DNA of 64,000 nt from an uncultured Gammaproteobacteria bacterium (GTDB lineage Bacteria; Pseudomonadota; Gammaproteobacteria; CAWCPV01): assembly GCA_963797555.1 (NCBI GenBank), contig CAWCPV010000017.1, forward strand, positions 1 to 64,000, in the 5' to 3' direction. A program made the position numbers and the translations under genes. Positions 22,538-32,819 of this stretch are shown here, one piece after another (positions within the stretch are counted from its first letter, which is position 1; every line of letters begins with the position of its first letter). The notes under the pieces were generated by a model, which was not told the DNA's origin, made no database searches, and saw only the letters and a program-made list of their open reading frames with translations.

Positions 22538-23257
22538 TCACGCCATCATGCCGTTGACGTTGATGATCTGCCCCGAGACGTAGCCGGCCTCCTCGGAGGC
22601 CAGGAAGCTTACGGTCGCCGCGATCTCTTCCGGCGTGCCAGCCCGCCGCATGGGCACCAGGCGCTTGATGGCGGCCGGATCGAACGCCTGGTCGGTAATG
22701 TGACCGGCGATGATGCCGGGCGCGACGGCGTTGACCGTGATGCCGCGCGAAGCAAGCTCCAGGGCCAGGGACTTGGTCGCGCCGTGCAAGCCTGCCTTGG
22801 CCGCAGCATAGTTGGTCTGGCCGCGGTTGCCCAGCACCGCGGAAACGGACGAGATGTTGATGATCCTGCCCCAGCGGGTACGCACCATCGGCAACAGGAG
22901 AGGCTGTGTGACGTGGAAGAAGCCGTTCAGGGACACGTCTACGACCTTGTGCCACTGCTCGAATGACATGGTCACCATCAGCACATCGGCATAAATGCCT
23001 GCATTGTTCACCAGAACCTGTATGGATCCCGATTCCAGCAAGCCTTCCAGCGCTTGGTGCGTCTGCTCCGCATCGGTCACATCGAAGGTCACCGCTTGCG
23101 CAGAGCCGCCTGCCTGGACGATCTCACGGACCACGGCCTGAGCCCGCTCCGGCTGGCTGTGCGCGTGCACAATGACATGCATGCCGTCCACCGCCAGACG
23201 CCGGCAGATGGCCCCACCGATATCTCCGCTGCCTCCGGTCACCAGCACCCGCTTCAT
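22538..23257 (-). CDS. fabG: 3-oxoacyl-ACP reductase
   Basis: TGGSGDIG, NNAG, NYAAAK, VNAVAPG. Confidence 0.92.
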   Translation of the reverse strand: MKRVLVTGGSGDIGGAICRRLAVDGMHVIVHAHSQPERAQAVVREIVQAGGSAQAVTFDVTDAEQTHQALEGLLESGSIQVLVNNAGIYADVLMVTMSFEQWHKVVDVSLNGFFHVTQPLLLPMVRTRWGRIINISSVSAVLGNRGQTNYAAAKAGLHGATKSLALELASRGITVNAVAPGIIAGHITDQAFDPAAIKRLVPMRRAGTPEEIAATVSFLASEEAGYVSGQIINVNGMMA

Positions 23258-24057
23258 GGTCTCACCCGAACAGCCAGTCGAGCATGCTGCAAGTATGGCA
23301 GGACCACGTCATCGGCCCGCGCTCGCGCGATTGCGCGCAAGACCGGCAGGCTGCGTGCTGCGGGACTGCTAGTCCTCATGTGCTCCAGCTCCGCATCGTC
23401 CAGCCGATCCTCCTCAGCAGTCTCGGTCAGGCTCAGCTCCAGGCTCACTCGGCCCGATGATGTCCTGTCCCTAGCCAGCCAAAGTGCCGTGGCGAAGGGC
23501 TCGGAAACATGCCGTGTCTCGCGCAGCGGGAAAGGCGGCGGATACTCGTAGGCCACCAATAGCACGGAGGCTCGCTCCACGAGCACGGTGGTCGCCGCTT
23601 CCAGCAGTCCGGCGCTGAAGCTGCCTTCATACGCGCATATGCTCGCGGAGGGCATGGTGCAGCCGGTCGCAATGCTCCAGTATCCGGCCGGCGCATTATG
23701 CACCGAGTTGTGGAACAAGGTCGGCGAGACGGGCCGCTCCGGCGTGGCGAGCGCCGCGCAGACCTTGTGGATGATCTCGCTGTCGCCCTCGGATGAGGCG
23801 AATACCGAGCATACCCGTGCGACCCCGCCTCCCATCTGCTCACTGGTCTGCTCATCAGCTTCCTGGGCGACCTGCAGCGCAAGCTTGATAGTCGCGGTCG
23901 TGCGGCGCCGCTCGTTGGCGGACAACAGGCTCGTCCGGCGCTCCGGAATGTCGCCGCGGCGATAGGCGCCGGTTCCGATGAGAACGGGTATGCTGTCGCG
24001 CCATCCTGTGAGGCCCGGCGCCAGCAGCCCGATGCCGTTGACATAAACCCTCATCAT
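23254..24057 (-). CDS. Beta-ketoacyl synthase chain-length factor
   Basis: NERRR, VFASSEGD, SPTLFHNSVHNAPAGYWSI; overlaps the KS stop. Confidence 0.88.
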   Translation of the reverse strand: MMRVYVNGIGLLAPGLTGWRDSIPVLIGTGAYRRGDIPERRTSLLSANERRRTTATIKLALQVAQEADEQTSEQMGGGVARVCSVFASSEGDSEIIHKVCAALATPERPVSPTLFHNSVHNAPAGYWSIATGCTMPSASICAYEGSFSAGLLEAATTVLVERASVLLVAYEYPPPFPLRETRHVSEPFATALWLARDRTSSGRVSLELSLTETAEEDRLDDAELEHMRTSSPAARSLPVLRAIARARADDVVLPYLQHARLAVRVRP

Positions 24058-25256
24058 GAGGACCGCCGGCCAAACAGCAAGCTGCAATTGGTGCCCCCGA
24101 AGCCGAAGGAGTTGCTCATCACCCGATTGACCGGCTGTGACCGCGTCTCCAGCAGGATATGAGCCGAAAGCTTCGGGTCCACCTGCCGGGTACTCAGGCT
24201 TTGGGGCATGAGTTCGTGCTCCAGGCAAAGACAACAGAATACCGCCTCCGTGATTCCAGCCGCACCCAGCGTGTGTCCCGTCCAACCCTTGGTCGAGCTA
24301 CACGGCACGCGCCGGCCGAGCACCCGGATCACGGCCCGGTCTTCGGCCGCATCATTGGAGGCCGTCGCGGTGCCGTGAAGATTGATGTAATCCACCTGCT
24401 CCGGCCGCAAGCCCGCGGCTGCAAGCGCACGCTCCATCGCGAGCGCCGCGCCTTCTCCTTCAGGTTGTGCCGCCGACATATGATAAGCGTCACTGCTCTC
24501 ACCGTAGCCCAGCAACATCGGCGCATCAGTCCCACGATCCGGTACGGCGGATTCCAGCAGTGCAAACCCGGCGGATTCGCCCAGGCTCAGGCCGCTGCGG
24601 TTGGCATCCCAGGGATGACAAGGCTCGGGGGAGGTCAGCTCCAGGGAGCGAAAACCGTACAGCGTCGTAAAGCACAAGCTGTCCACCCCGCCGACTATCG
24701 CCGCGTCGCAGAGTCCCGCTCGGATATACCGGTAGGCGGACGCGAATGCCTTGGCGCTCGATGAGCAGGCGGTGGATACGGCGACCGCCGGCCCTTGCAG
24801 CTTCAAGTAGCGGCAGGTGAAGTCAGCCACGGAAAAGATATTGCGGGTATAGCGGAATCCGAGGCTCTCGGGCAGGCGGCCGGTAATCGGGTCGAGCTGC
24901 CGGTAGGCAAGCTCCGTTTCCAGTATGCCCGAAGTGCTGGTTCCGACGAAAACGCCTATGCGCCGGGCGCCGTGACGCTCGCGCGCGGCTGCCACAGCCT
25001 GCCCGAAGCCGTCCTGCTCGAGCCCCAGGCGCGCGAGCCGGTTATTGCGGCAATCGAACATCGCCAGCTCGCCAGTCACAGGCTCGTCCTCCAGACCCCC
25101 GACCCGGCCTATCCACGTAGGCAGCGCGGCATCCCCGAAATCGCACGGCCGCAAGCCGCCTTCACCTCGTTGAAGAGCGGCCAGTGAGGCAGCCACCCCT
25201 CGGCCTAGCGCGTTGACCGTCGTATAGGCAGATATTCGCAGCGGGCTGATAGGCAT
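24054..25256 (-). CDS. Beta-ketoacyl-ACP synthase (type II PKS KS)
   Basis: TACSSS, HGTAT, GHTLGA catalytic triad; NSFGFGG. Confidence 0.93.
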   Translation of the reverse strand: MPISPLRISAYTTVNALGRGVAASLAALQRGEGGLRPCDFGDAALPTWIGRVGGLEDEPVTGELAMFDCRNNRLARLGLEQDGFGQAVAAARERHGARRIGVFVGTSTSGILETELAYRQLDPITGRLPESLGFRYTRNIFSVADFTCRYLKLQGPAVAVSTACSSSAKAFASAYRYIRAGLCDAAIVGGVDSLCFTTLYGFRSLELTSPEPCHPWDANRSGLSLGESAGFALLESAVPDRGTDAPMLLGYGESSDAYHMSAAQPEGEGAALAMERALAAAGLRPEQVDYINLHGTATASNDAAEDRAVIRVLGRRVPCSSTKGWTGHTLGAAGITEAVFCCLCLEHELMPQSLSTRQVDPKLSAHILLETRSQPVNRVMSNSFGFGGTNCSLLFGRRSS

Positions 25257-27663
25257 CAGTCAGGTCTGGAGCTTTATGTGATCGCCCGCCGTTTTGCTGT
25301 GGCGGAGCCCGCACCGTCTTTGGAGATAAGCCCCCCTTGGAAATATGTTGGGCCAGTATCAAGGCCATGACGAAGCTCATGAAAACGCCGATAGCCACAG
25401 TTTGCCCGATGGCGCTGAGCACCGGCACCTTGGACAGCGAAAGCATGCCGAATACCCCCAAGGTCGAGCTGAGACAGGCCAGCAGCGCGCCCAGGGTGCG
25501 CTTGCGATCGGCTGGATCGGGGTCCGGACGGCTGAAGAACAAGCCGTAGTTCGTGCCAATGCCTAACACCAGCAGCAGCGAGACCAGGTGGAACAGCGAC
25601 AGGCGCTTGCCCAGGGCCGCCAGGACTGCCACATCCAGGATAATGGCCAGAAATACCGGTAAGAGCGCCGCCAGCACCAAGCGAGCCGACCTGCCGAAGC
25701 CCAGCCATACCACGGCCACAATGAGGGCCGCGCCCCACATCAACCGGTTCAGCGCGGTATGGCGGAAGCGCGCCACCAGCCGATTGGTTTCAGCCTTCAT
25801 GTCCAGATAATACGCGCCCTCGTAGGCCTGACGTCCCAGCCCTCGCGCCAGGCCGTCCGGGTCGCGCACCCCGTCCAGCAGTATCAGGGCAGTCCAGCCG
25901 CGGTCCGCGCGAAGCAGCAGCGATGCCACGCGCAGGCCCAGCGCCGTGCCCGCCAGATCCGATGGGCTCAGCAGCGGGCCTGTGCGCGCCGCTGCAACCG
26001 CCTGCTCGAACGGCTCGAACCGGCCCGGCCTGAACGGCAGGCCGGCGAGAGCAGCTTCGAGGTTCGCCCGCAAGCGTTCCGGATCGGGTAAGGCCGCTCG
26101 ACGCTGGCGCTGAGTGCGCTGGCTGGGCAGATAGCGCGCTGCCAGATCGAAGCCGCGCAGCATACCATCGGCGACCCTATCTCGCAGATAGCCTGCCACG
26201 GCCTCGCTGCGCCGCAGAGCGCTTTCGATATCGGGCGCGATGACGACTATCATACGGCCGGGCTCGGGGTGTCCAAAGGAGGCCCGCAGTTCCTGGTCCA
26301 ACTTGAGGATGTCTTGAGGGATGGGGCTCAACGCGGCAAGGTCGTCTTCCCACAGCGGCGGCGCCAAGGCGATCAGCGCGGACAGAGCCAGTACGCTCAA
26401 CACGCTCACACCTATGGCCAGCAAGCGTCCGGGATGCAGCAAGCGGGTCATCCACTCCGCGCGGACCAAGTCATGACGAGGCGTCCACACCGCCGGCAAC
26501 AACGGCGGCAGCACCCAACGCGTGAACACCGCCGCGCTCAGCAGGCCGACCATGGTGAACAGCCCGAGCTGCGCAAGGCCCGGCAAGTCCGTGGCGGTCA
26601 TGGCGAGACAACCGAGCATCGTGGTCGCCGCGCACAAGCGCAACGTGGGCCAGATGCGCGTCAGGCCGACGACCGGCGCCTCATTCCGGCTCAGGTGAGC
26701 GAATACCAGGATAGGGTAATCGACCACTTCCCCGACCAGAGTCATACCGAAGGCGAGCGTAATGCCGTAAACCTTCCCGAATACCGCGCCCGCGGTCACA
26801 ACGGCCCCGAGAATGGTGGACCCGAGCAGCACCATACTGATCAGTACGGGCCGCAGCGACCTGAACACGACCACCACAATCAGCACGACTAGCAGGCCCG
26901 CGGCGATGCTCAGGGATTCCGCCTCATGGCGGATGGTGTGCTGCGACGAGACCGCGAATACGCCGGGCCCGCTGAGCAGCAGCGTGATATCAGCGCCCGC
27001 ACCGGCTCGCTCCTTGGACGCAGCGAACGCCTTCTCGATAGCGCCTATCACCCGCTCCTGCGCCCCGATATCGAACCCTGAGCTGCGGGTCTCCGCCAGC
27101 AAAAGAGCACGCCTGCCGTCGCGCGTAAACCAGACCCCGCGGCGCTGCTCAGGGTACTGACCGCTGCCCTGCCAAATCTTGATAAGCGTCCACATTTCGG
27201 CAGTCGGGTCCTGCGGCAGCAAGCGCTTCTCGAAGGTCGACAGCGGTGAGCCCAGCTCGTGCAGGCGCTGCAAGAGAGCTGCTCGCAGCCCCGCTGCGCT
27301 GAAGCGATCCGGGCTCACTTTCGGACTCAGCAGGTAGCGGTATGAAAACAGCTTGCGCTGCTCGTCTCGGTCCAGTAGGTCTTCACCGTTGGCCACGCGC
27401 GCGAACAGCCCGCTTGCACGCAGTCGGCTCGCCAGGTGCTTGCTCGTCTCCGCTCTTGCCTGCTCGGTGCCGCCCTCGATACCCATCAAGATGATACGCG
27501 CCGCGGTACCCCTGTGCAGCTGCTCCAAGAGCAGGCCGGCCGTGGTATCGGTCTTGGGGATGAACAGCGTGATATCGGAGGAGATGGGTGTCTTGAAGAG
27601 CGCCCACCAGGCGCATACCAACATAGCCGCGAGCCAGACCGCGGGCACCGCGGAGCGCTTCAT
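25162..27663 (-). CDS. MMPL-family exporter
   Basis: Two hydrophobic TM bundles separated by soluble loops; ITLAFG, SLFHLVSLLLVLGIG. Confidence 0.88.
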   Translation of the reverse strand: MKRSAVPAVWLAAMLVCAWWALFKTPISSDITLFIPKTDTTAGLLLEQLHRGTAARIILMGIEGGTEQARAETSKHLASRLRASGLFARVANGEDLLDRDEQRKLFSYRYLLSPKVSPDRFSAAGLRAALLQRLHELGSPLSTFEKRLLPQDPTAEMWTLIKIWQGSGQYPEQRRGVWFTRDGRRALLLAETRSSGFDIGAQERVIGAIEKAFAASKERAGAGADITLLLSGPGVFAVSSQHTIRHEAESLSIAAGLLVVLIVVVVFRSLRPVLISMVLLGSTILGAVVTAGAVFGKVYGITLAFGMTLVGEVVDYPILVFAHLSRNEAPVVGLTRIWPTLRLCAATTMLGCLAMTATDLPGLAQLGLFTMVGLLSAAVFTRWVLPPLLPAVWTPRHDLVRAEWMTRLLHPGRLLAIGVSVLSVLALSALIALAPPLWEDDLAALSPIPQDILKLDQELRASFGHPEPGRMIVVIAPDIESALRRSEAVAGYLRDRVADGMLRGFDLAARYLPSQRTQRQRRAALPDPERLRANLEAALAGLPFRPGRFEPFEQAVAAARTGPLLSPSDLAGTALGLRVASLLLRADRGWTALILLDGVRDPDGLARGLGRQAYEGAYYLDMKAETNRLVARFRHTALNRLMWGAALIVAVVWLGFGRSARLVLAALLPVFLAIILDVAVLAALGKRLSLFHLVSLLLVLGIGTNYGLFFSRPDPDPADRKRTLGALLACLSSTLGVFGMLSLSKVPVLSAIGQTVAIGVFMSFVMALILAQHISKGGLSPKTVRAPPQQNGGRSHKAPDLTDAYQPAANICLYDGQRARPRGGCLTGRSSTR

Positions 27664-28280
27664 GGGCGACCTTGATTCCCGTGCCGGCCCAGGTCCGTCC
27701 ACTCGTTGCGTGGCTCGATCGTCATGACGCTGCGATCGCCGTCGGCCTCCAGCGTCTCGACCTTTAGCACGCGGTTGTCCTGCCCCTGGATGATGATGGC
27801 ATTCACGTGCCCGGCCAGATCCTTGTCCGTGGGCCGCAGTCCCAAGGTCCAGTCCGCCGCATGCCCCTGAAGCTGGACTTGGTAGTAACGCTCCAGCGTC
27901 CGCAGATCACCGGCAAGTGTGCCGCGTATTGCCTCCACCAGCGCCCGGATCACCGGGTAGTTCCTGAGATTTACGTTGCGCCTTCCCTCGGCGGGGCTTT
28001 CCACCACGAGCCAGTCTTCGTCGACCTCGTAGCTCTGAGCTTGCGGTTGCAATGTCTGCTTTTTCAAGTAAGACGGCGCGCGGTAGTACAGGATACCCGT
28101 GGTAACGAGCGGCTGCTGCAGGATGGCGAGATCTTTCTCCTCCCTGAAGCTGGCCTGCACCGACTTCACGACGGCCAGCGACTCCATGAGCTCCCGCAAG
28201 GTCCAGGGAGGTGGCACCGGCTGAACCGCCAACGCCAGCAGCGGCAGCACCAACGTCAGCCAGCACAGGTCTCGCCTCAT
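27660..28280 (-). CDS. LolA-like lipoprotein carrier
   Basis: Signal peptide, FREEKDLAIL..PL..TG.L.YRAP motif; position in cluster. Confidence 0.8.
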   Translation of the reverse strand: MRRDLCWLTLVLPLLALAVQPVPPPWTLRELMESLAVVKSVQASFREEKDLAILQQPLVTTGILYYRAPSYLKKQTLQPQAQSYEVDEDWLVVESPAEGRRNVNLRNYPVIRALVEAIRGTLAGDLRTLERYYQVQLQGHAADWTLGLRPTDKDLAGHVNAIIIQGQDNRVLKVETLEADGDRSVMTIEPRNEWTDLGRHGNQGRP

Positions 28281-28720
28281 TGCGTGACATTCGTCCGAGC
28301 GATGATGATCAGCAGCGCTTCGGCCAGCAGGTCGGCATCCGAGCGCACCTCGACCTGATAGATACAACCGTCCGCGCCTCCGGTGAGCCATCGCGCGCCG
28401 ATCTGCAGCGACGACGCGATGTCGTCGAGGCGCTGCACGTACAGCCGCGCATCGCGCAGCGCCGCGAGCAAGGCCGGCCGGGCCACCTGTCCTGAACCGC
28501 GCGCCAGCAGACCGCCGTGGACAGCCGCAGCCTGAGCTCCGTACTCGAAGGCGTGCAACGCCGCGAGTCGGCCATCGCGGCGCAGCGGATTGGATGCAGC
28601 GCGATGGCTCCGCGTGAGACAGGAGATGAATGTATCATCCCATGCTAAGACCGCATCCAGCAGGCACATATCGCCGGTATGGGGGATCAGGCGACGGATC
28701 TCGGCCTCGTCGATCAACAT
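28277..28720 (-). CDS. 3-hydroxyacyl-ACP dehydratase (ApeP-like)
   Basis: LIPHTGDMCLLD, EYGAQAAAVHG. Confidence 0.85.
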   Translation of the reverse strand: MLIDEAEIRRLIPHTGDMCLLDAVLAWDDTFISCLTRSHRAASNPLRRDGRLAALHAFEYGAQAAAVHGGLLARGSGQVARPALLAALRDARLYVQRLDDIASSLQIGARWLTGGADGCIYQVEVRSDADLLAEALLIIIARTNVTQ

Positions 28721-28724
28721 ATCT

Positions 28725-29504
28725 CGCACTCGACCATCACCTGCCAGACGGGCAGGTACGGCAGGCTCACCCGCCCGCACCCATGAGCCCGAGCAAGGGC
28801 AGGGCGTGGCGCGCCGGATCATCCACGCGCAACGCTTCTAGTCCAAGGTGTTGCATACGGCTCTGCTGACCGGCCGGCACCACCCCATGCTCAGGTGCCA
28901 GCGCGACATCGGCGCCGGCCGCGCGCTCACCGCGAGCGCGATGCTGAAGGAGTGGCGCACTGTGCGGCACCACGCGAGCACCAGCGAAGGCGGCATGTGA
29001 TGGGCAATCAACAGGCCCAAGCGGCCCTCCGTGACGGCAGTCGTACTCACCTCAAGCAAGCCTGCGCAAAACGTGTCGTCAAAGGCCCCGAGGCTCGTGG
29101 CGGGCCGCCAAGAGCCGGTCGATGGACCAGTATCCCGTCGCAGCACTGTGAACCGAGTTGCTGCTCCAAGATACGACCGGCTCGGCCTCTGCCAGTCCTG
29201 CCAATACGCGATGGGAGGCTTCCGCCCTCCCCCGGGGCACGCGAACACCACGCAACGGTCGGCGGCCGCAAGCCCTGCGCGCTCGACAGCCTCCAGGCCC
29301 GAGTGTATGGTCAGGGCCGGCTTGGCCTCGTTGGGCGGCAGCGATACGCGCCCCAGGTCCAGATGTCCCGCGCTCATACGGCATCTCGCCCGCGATCACC
29401 ACCCCGCCTGCATCCCAGCCCGGCACCCCCTCGCGCGCGCCGAGTGCGTCGACATAGAGGGTGAGCAGCTTCTCTCCGGGACGAGCTTCCAACGGGTCAC
29501 TCAC
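28725..29504 (-). pseudogene. Second chain-length-factor gene, degraded
   Basis: NSVHSAATGYWSI and AFDDTFCAGLLE fragments spread over at least three frames. Confidence 0.75.
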
Positions 29505-30429
29505 ATCGGCCTATGCGAGCGTCGATACGAGGCCAGCAGGGATCCTCGCGCCAGTAATCGTAAAAGTTGAACCAGTTATAAGGCCCATCGCGCACGTGAT
29601 GCTCCAGGCGAGCGGCGTAGCGCTGGGTCCATATTTGCAAGTCCTGTTCCCGCCGCTTTCTGTCGACGCTGATGCGCTCAGCCAGTCGCTCGAAGTAAAT
29701 GTCGTAACGGTGCCCGCCGCGGTATAGCGCGAACCATAGGATCACCGGGCAATTCATCAGGGACGCTATCAACATGGGCCCGGTCGGAAAGCGAGTTTTC
29801 AGGCCGAGAAACTGGCAGTCAGCCGTCTTCTCGCTGGTCGCCACCCGATCCCCGAGTACACCGATCAAATGCCCTTGCTCCAAGCTGTCTCTCACCTGCA
29901 GCAGGGTTTCCGGCCCGCGGATCGGGATGATGGTATCGGCGATGTCCGGATTCAATGCATTGAAAAAACGCGTGGCAGTGCTGTTATGATCGATGTTCAT
30001 CAGCACCTTCAGCGGAAAACGGCGCTGCACTCCCAGCGCGCGCAATATCTCGAAGCTGCCGAGATGCGAGCCGAGCAGAATGCAGCCGCGGCCCGATTCG
30101 ACCTGCTCCAGGATCATCTTCCCATTGTGAATCCGGATGTCGAAATCGTCGAACTCCCCCGCCAGGGCATACACGCGATCGAGCAGTGTGGCGGCGAAGC
30201 AGTGAATGTGCTTGAACACATGCCCGTAGCCCACGCCGCGACCCAGCACGTGCTGCAAGTATTGGCGTGAGGCGCGCCTGGCGCTCGTGGCGGTGAGCAG
30301 AAAATACAGCGTGATGGGATAAAGCAGGAAACGCCCGCCGGGGCGCCCGATGTGCGTCGTGGTCCAGTAGATCAACTTTAGCGCGAATTCGGTCCCGCGC
30401 TCTGGAAGGCTTGCCCAATGGCGGCTCAC
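29497..30429 (-). CDS. LpxL-like acyltransferase
   Basis: HWASLPERG, LGSHLGSFE, LGDR, PYNWFNFYDYW. Confidence 0.88.
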   Translation of the reverse strand: MSRHWASLPERGTEFALKLIYWTTTHIGRPGGRFLLYPITLYFLLTATSARRASRQYLQHVLGRGVGYGHVFKHIHCFAATLLDRVYALAGEFDDFDIRIHNGKMILEQVESGRGCILLGSHLGSFEILRALGVQRRFPLKVLMNIDHNSTATRFFNALNPDIADTIIPIRGPETLLQVRDSLEQGHLIGVLGDRVATSEKTADCQFLGLKTRFPTGPMLIASLMNCPVILWFALYRGGHRYDIYFERLAERISVDRKRREQDLQIWTQRYAARLEHHVRDGPYNWFNFYDYWREDPCWPRIDARIGRCE

Positions 30430-30479
30430 GACCCAGCTCCACTGCGTGCCGATGACACATCCCTGTTTTCAGGCTCCCG

Positions 30480-30749
30480 TCAGCGGCTCCGATGCTGCTC
30501 GATATAGTGAGAGAGCGCTCGCAGCGAGGCGAAGATCTGGGCATTGTTGGCATCTCCCGAGCGGAGCTGCACGCCGTACCTATTGGAGATTGCCAGGGCC
30601 AATTCCAGCGCGTCTATCGAATCCAGCCCGAGCCCTGTGCCGAACAGCGGCTGCTCCGGCTCGATGTCCTCGGGTGTCACGTTCTCCAAGCGCAGGGTGT
30701 CGATCACCAGGCTTGCCACTTCCAACTCGAACGGTGAAGCAGTACTCAT
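30480..30749 (-). CDS. Acyl carrier protein
   Basis: GLGLDSIDALE phosphopantetheine site, ~89 aa. Confidence 0.92.
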   Translation of the reverse strand: MSTASPFELEVASLVIDTLRLENVTPEDIEPEQPLFGTGLGLDSIDALELALAISNRYGVQLRSGDANNAQIFASLRALSHYIEQHRSR

Positions 30750-31457
30750 CGTAACCTCGACTTTCAAAATCCGAGTGATGCATCGCTGCCGGGCAGCGGG
30801 AGCCGGCTGGCTGTCGCCCGGTGGCCGGCTGTGGCAGCACGCGGCCCCGCTGGGATGCGCTGCGCAGAGGACAGCACCGCACGTGAGGCGCTCGGACCAG
30901 GATGGGCGCATGCAGTCACACTGGAACGACAAACACCCAGACGTTGCGGACCGAGGTGAGCGGATGCTGCCTCGGGCCGGGCGTCGCCTCGTTGCATAAT
31001 AGCCCATGCATAGGAGCGCCCGTTTCGGGCACTCGCTCCGAGCCCATGGGGGCCGGAGTCCATGCTTGCCACCGCTGGTCGCCGTGTATCGGCACCGGCG
31101 CAATATCATAGCCGAACGCTGCTCCCAAGTCGCGCTGGCGGCACGCCATAGACGCAGCATCGGCCGTCCTGTACCCCCCGGCGCCCATGCGCCACCAGCG
31201 CCTTTACGTCTGGCGCGAGGCCAGGTATCGTTGCTGTTTGGTGACATAGCATGTGCCTGACGCGATCCCCGCAGCCATTCCCAGCCCGAATGAGCCTGAA
31301 TGCGACGGGTGAGCGGAATTCCTGCACACCCATGAAAGAGGGCATTGGGGCTGCGCAATCCTCTCGACGCCTGGCCATGCCCAGGCTGCCGGACGGCTCG
31401 CGGGTGACCCGCATGCGCCGGGTAAGTCCAAGAAACTGGCAAATCTACGAGCGCCGT

Positions 31458-32795
31458 ATGATGACCGATGATTTGGCGCGCGCGACGCCCAGCGATGTTT
31501 TGATCATAGGCGGCGGTCCCGCCGGCACGACCATAGGGTCTCTGCTGACGGGGCAGGGCTGGCGAGTGGTGCTGCTGGAGCAGGATCACCATCCGCGCTT
31601 CCACATCGGCGAATCGCTCCTGCCCATGAACCTGCCGATACTGGAACGGCTCGGCGTGCTGGAGCAGGTGAGGGAGATCGGTGTTCCGAAGTACGGTGCG
31701 GAGTTCAGCTCGCTCGGCGCCGACAAGCACGAGACGATCTTTTTCCGCGAGGCGATCGATCCCATGCCTCCGTATGCCTTTCAGGTGAAGCGCTCGGAGT
31801 TCGACGAGCTGCTGTTCAGGAACTGCGCAGCCAAAGGCGTGGCGGTGCACGAGGGCACGAGCGTCAAGGACGTCGTCTTCCGTCCGGGCCAAACCACCCA
31901 GGTGCACAGCATCGACGAGCGCGGTGAGAGCCGCACATGGGAAACGCGTTTCCTGGTGGATGCCACCGGCCGCGATACCTTGCTCTCCCGCAAGCTCGGC
32001 ATCAAGAACAAGAACCCGACGCACCAGAGCGCCGCGATCTTCGGCCATTTCGAGGGCGTGGTCCGGCGCTCGGGCCAGGATGAGGGCAATATCAGCTTGT
32101 ATTGGTTCGACCACGGCTGGCTCTGGATGATCCCGCTGCGCGACGGCATCATGAGCGTGGGTGCCGTGTGCTGGCCGCAGTACCTCAAGATGCGCCGATC
32201 GGGGCCCGGTGATTTCCTGTGGGAAACGATCAGGCTATGCCCCGGCGTCCACGAGCGCATGAAGAACGCCCGGCTGGTCGGCGAGGCTCGCGCGACCGGC
32301 AATTATTCTTACCGCGCGAGCCGCATGTACGGGGAAGGCTATATCCTGGTCGGAGACGCGTTTGCCTTCATCGACCCGGTATTCTCCACCGGCGTCTTTT
32401 TCGCCATGAACAGCGCCACCCTGGGCGCGGACGCCGTGGGCGCCTGGCTACGGGACCCAGCGTCCGCGGGCCCCGTCCTGCAGCGCTTCGATCGGCAGGT
32501 GCGGCGCGGCATCAGGACCGTGTCCTGGTTCATCTACCGCTTCACCTCGCCCGCGATGCAGCAGATGTTCATGGCCCCGCGCGATACCTTTCGCATCAAG
32601 CAAGCGATCATCTCGATGCTGGCGGGCGACGTGTTCCGGGATACGCCCATACGCACGCCGCTCTCCTTGTTCAAGTCCATTTACTATGGCACCTCCGCGG
32701 CCATCGCGTCCCGCGCGTGGGCAGCGCATCAGCGCCGCAAGCTCAACGTGGGATTGCGTTTCACCGGCGGCACCACCCCGCAAGACCGATATTGA
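31458..32795 (+). CDS. FAD-dependent halogenase
   Basis: GGGPAG, RFHIGESLLP, WLWMIP (WxWxIP), GDAFAFIDPVFSTG. Confidence 0.88.
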   Translation: MMTDDLARATPSDVLIIGGGPAGTTIGSLLTGQGWRVVLLEQDHHPRFHIGESLLPMNLPILERLGVLEQVREIGVPKYGAEFSSLGADKHETIFFREAIDPMPPYAFQVKRSEFDELLFRNCAAKGVAVHEGTSVKDVVFRPGQTTQVHSIDERGESRTWETRFLVDATGRDTLLSRKLGIKNKNPTHQSAAIFGHFEGVVRRSGQDEGNISLYWFDHGWLWMIPLRDGIMSVGAVCWPQYLKMRRSGPGDFLWETIRLCPGVHERMKNARLVGEARATGNYSYRASRMYGEGYILVGDAFAFIDPVFSTGVFFAMNSATLGADAVGAWLRDPASAGPVLQRFDRQVRRGIRTVSWFIYRFTSPAMQQMFMAPRDTFRIKQAIISMLAGDVFRDTPIRTPLSLFKSIYYGTSAAIASRAWAAHQRRKLNVGLRFTGGTTPQDRY

Positions 32796-32819
32796 GGCTG
32801 GCCCAGCCCCGTATTCAGC

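Noticed and set aside
30480-32114. 544-aa ORF ending in an ACP domain
   Set aside because: Only the last ~89 aa are ACP; the rest is antisense to the halogenase or intergenic.
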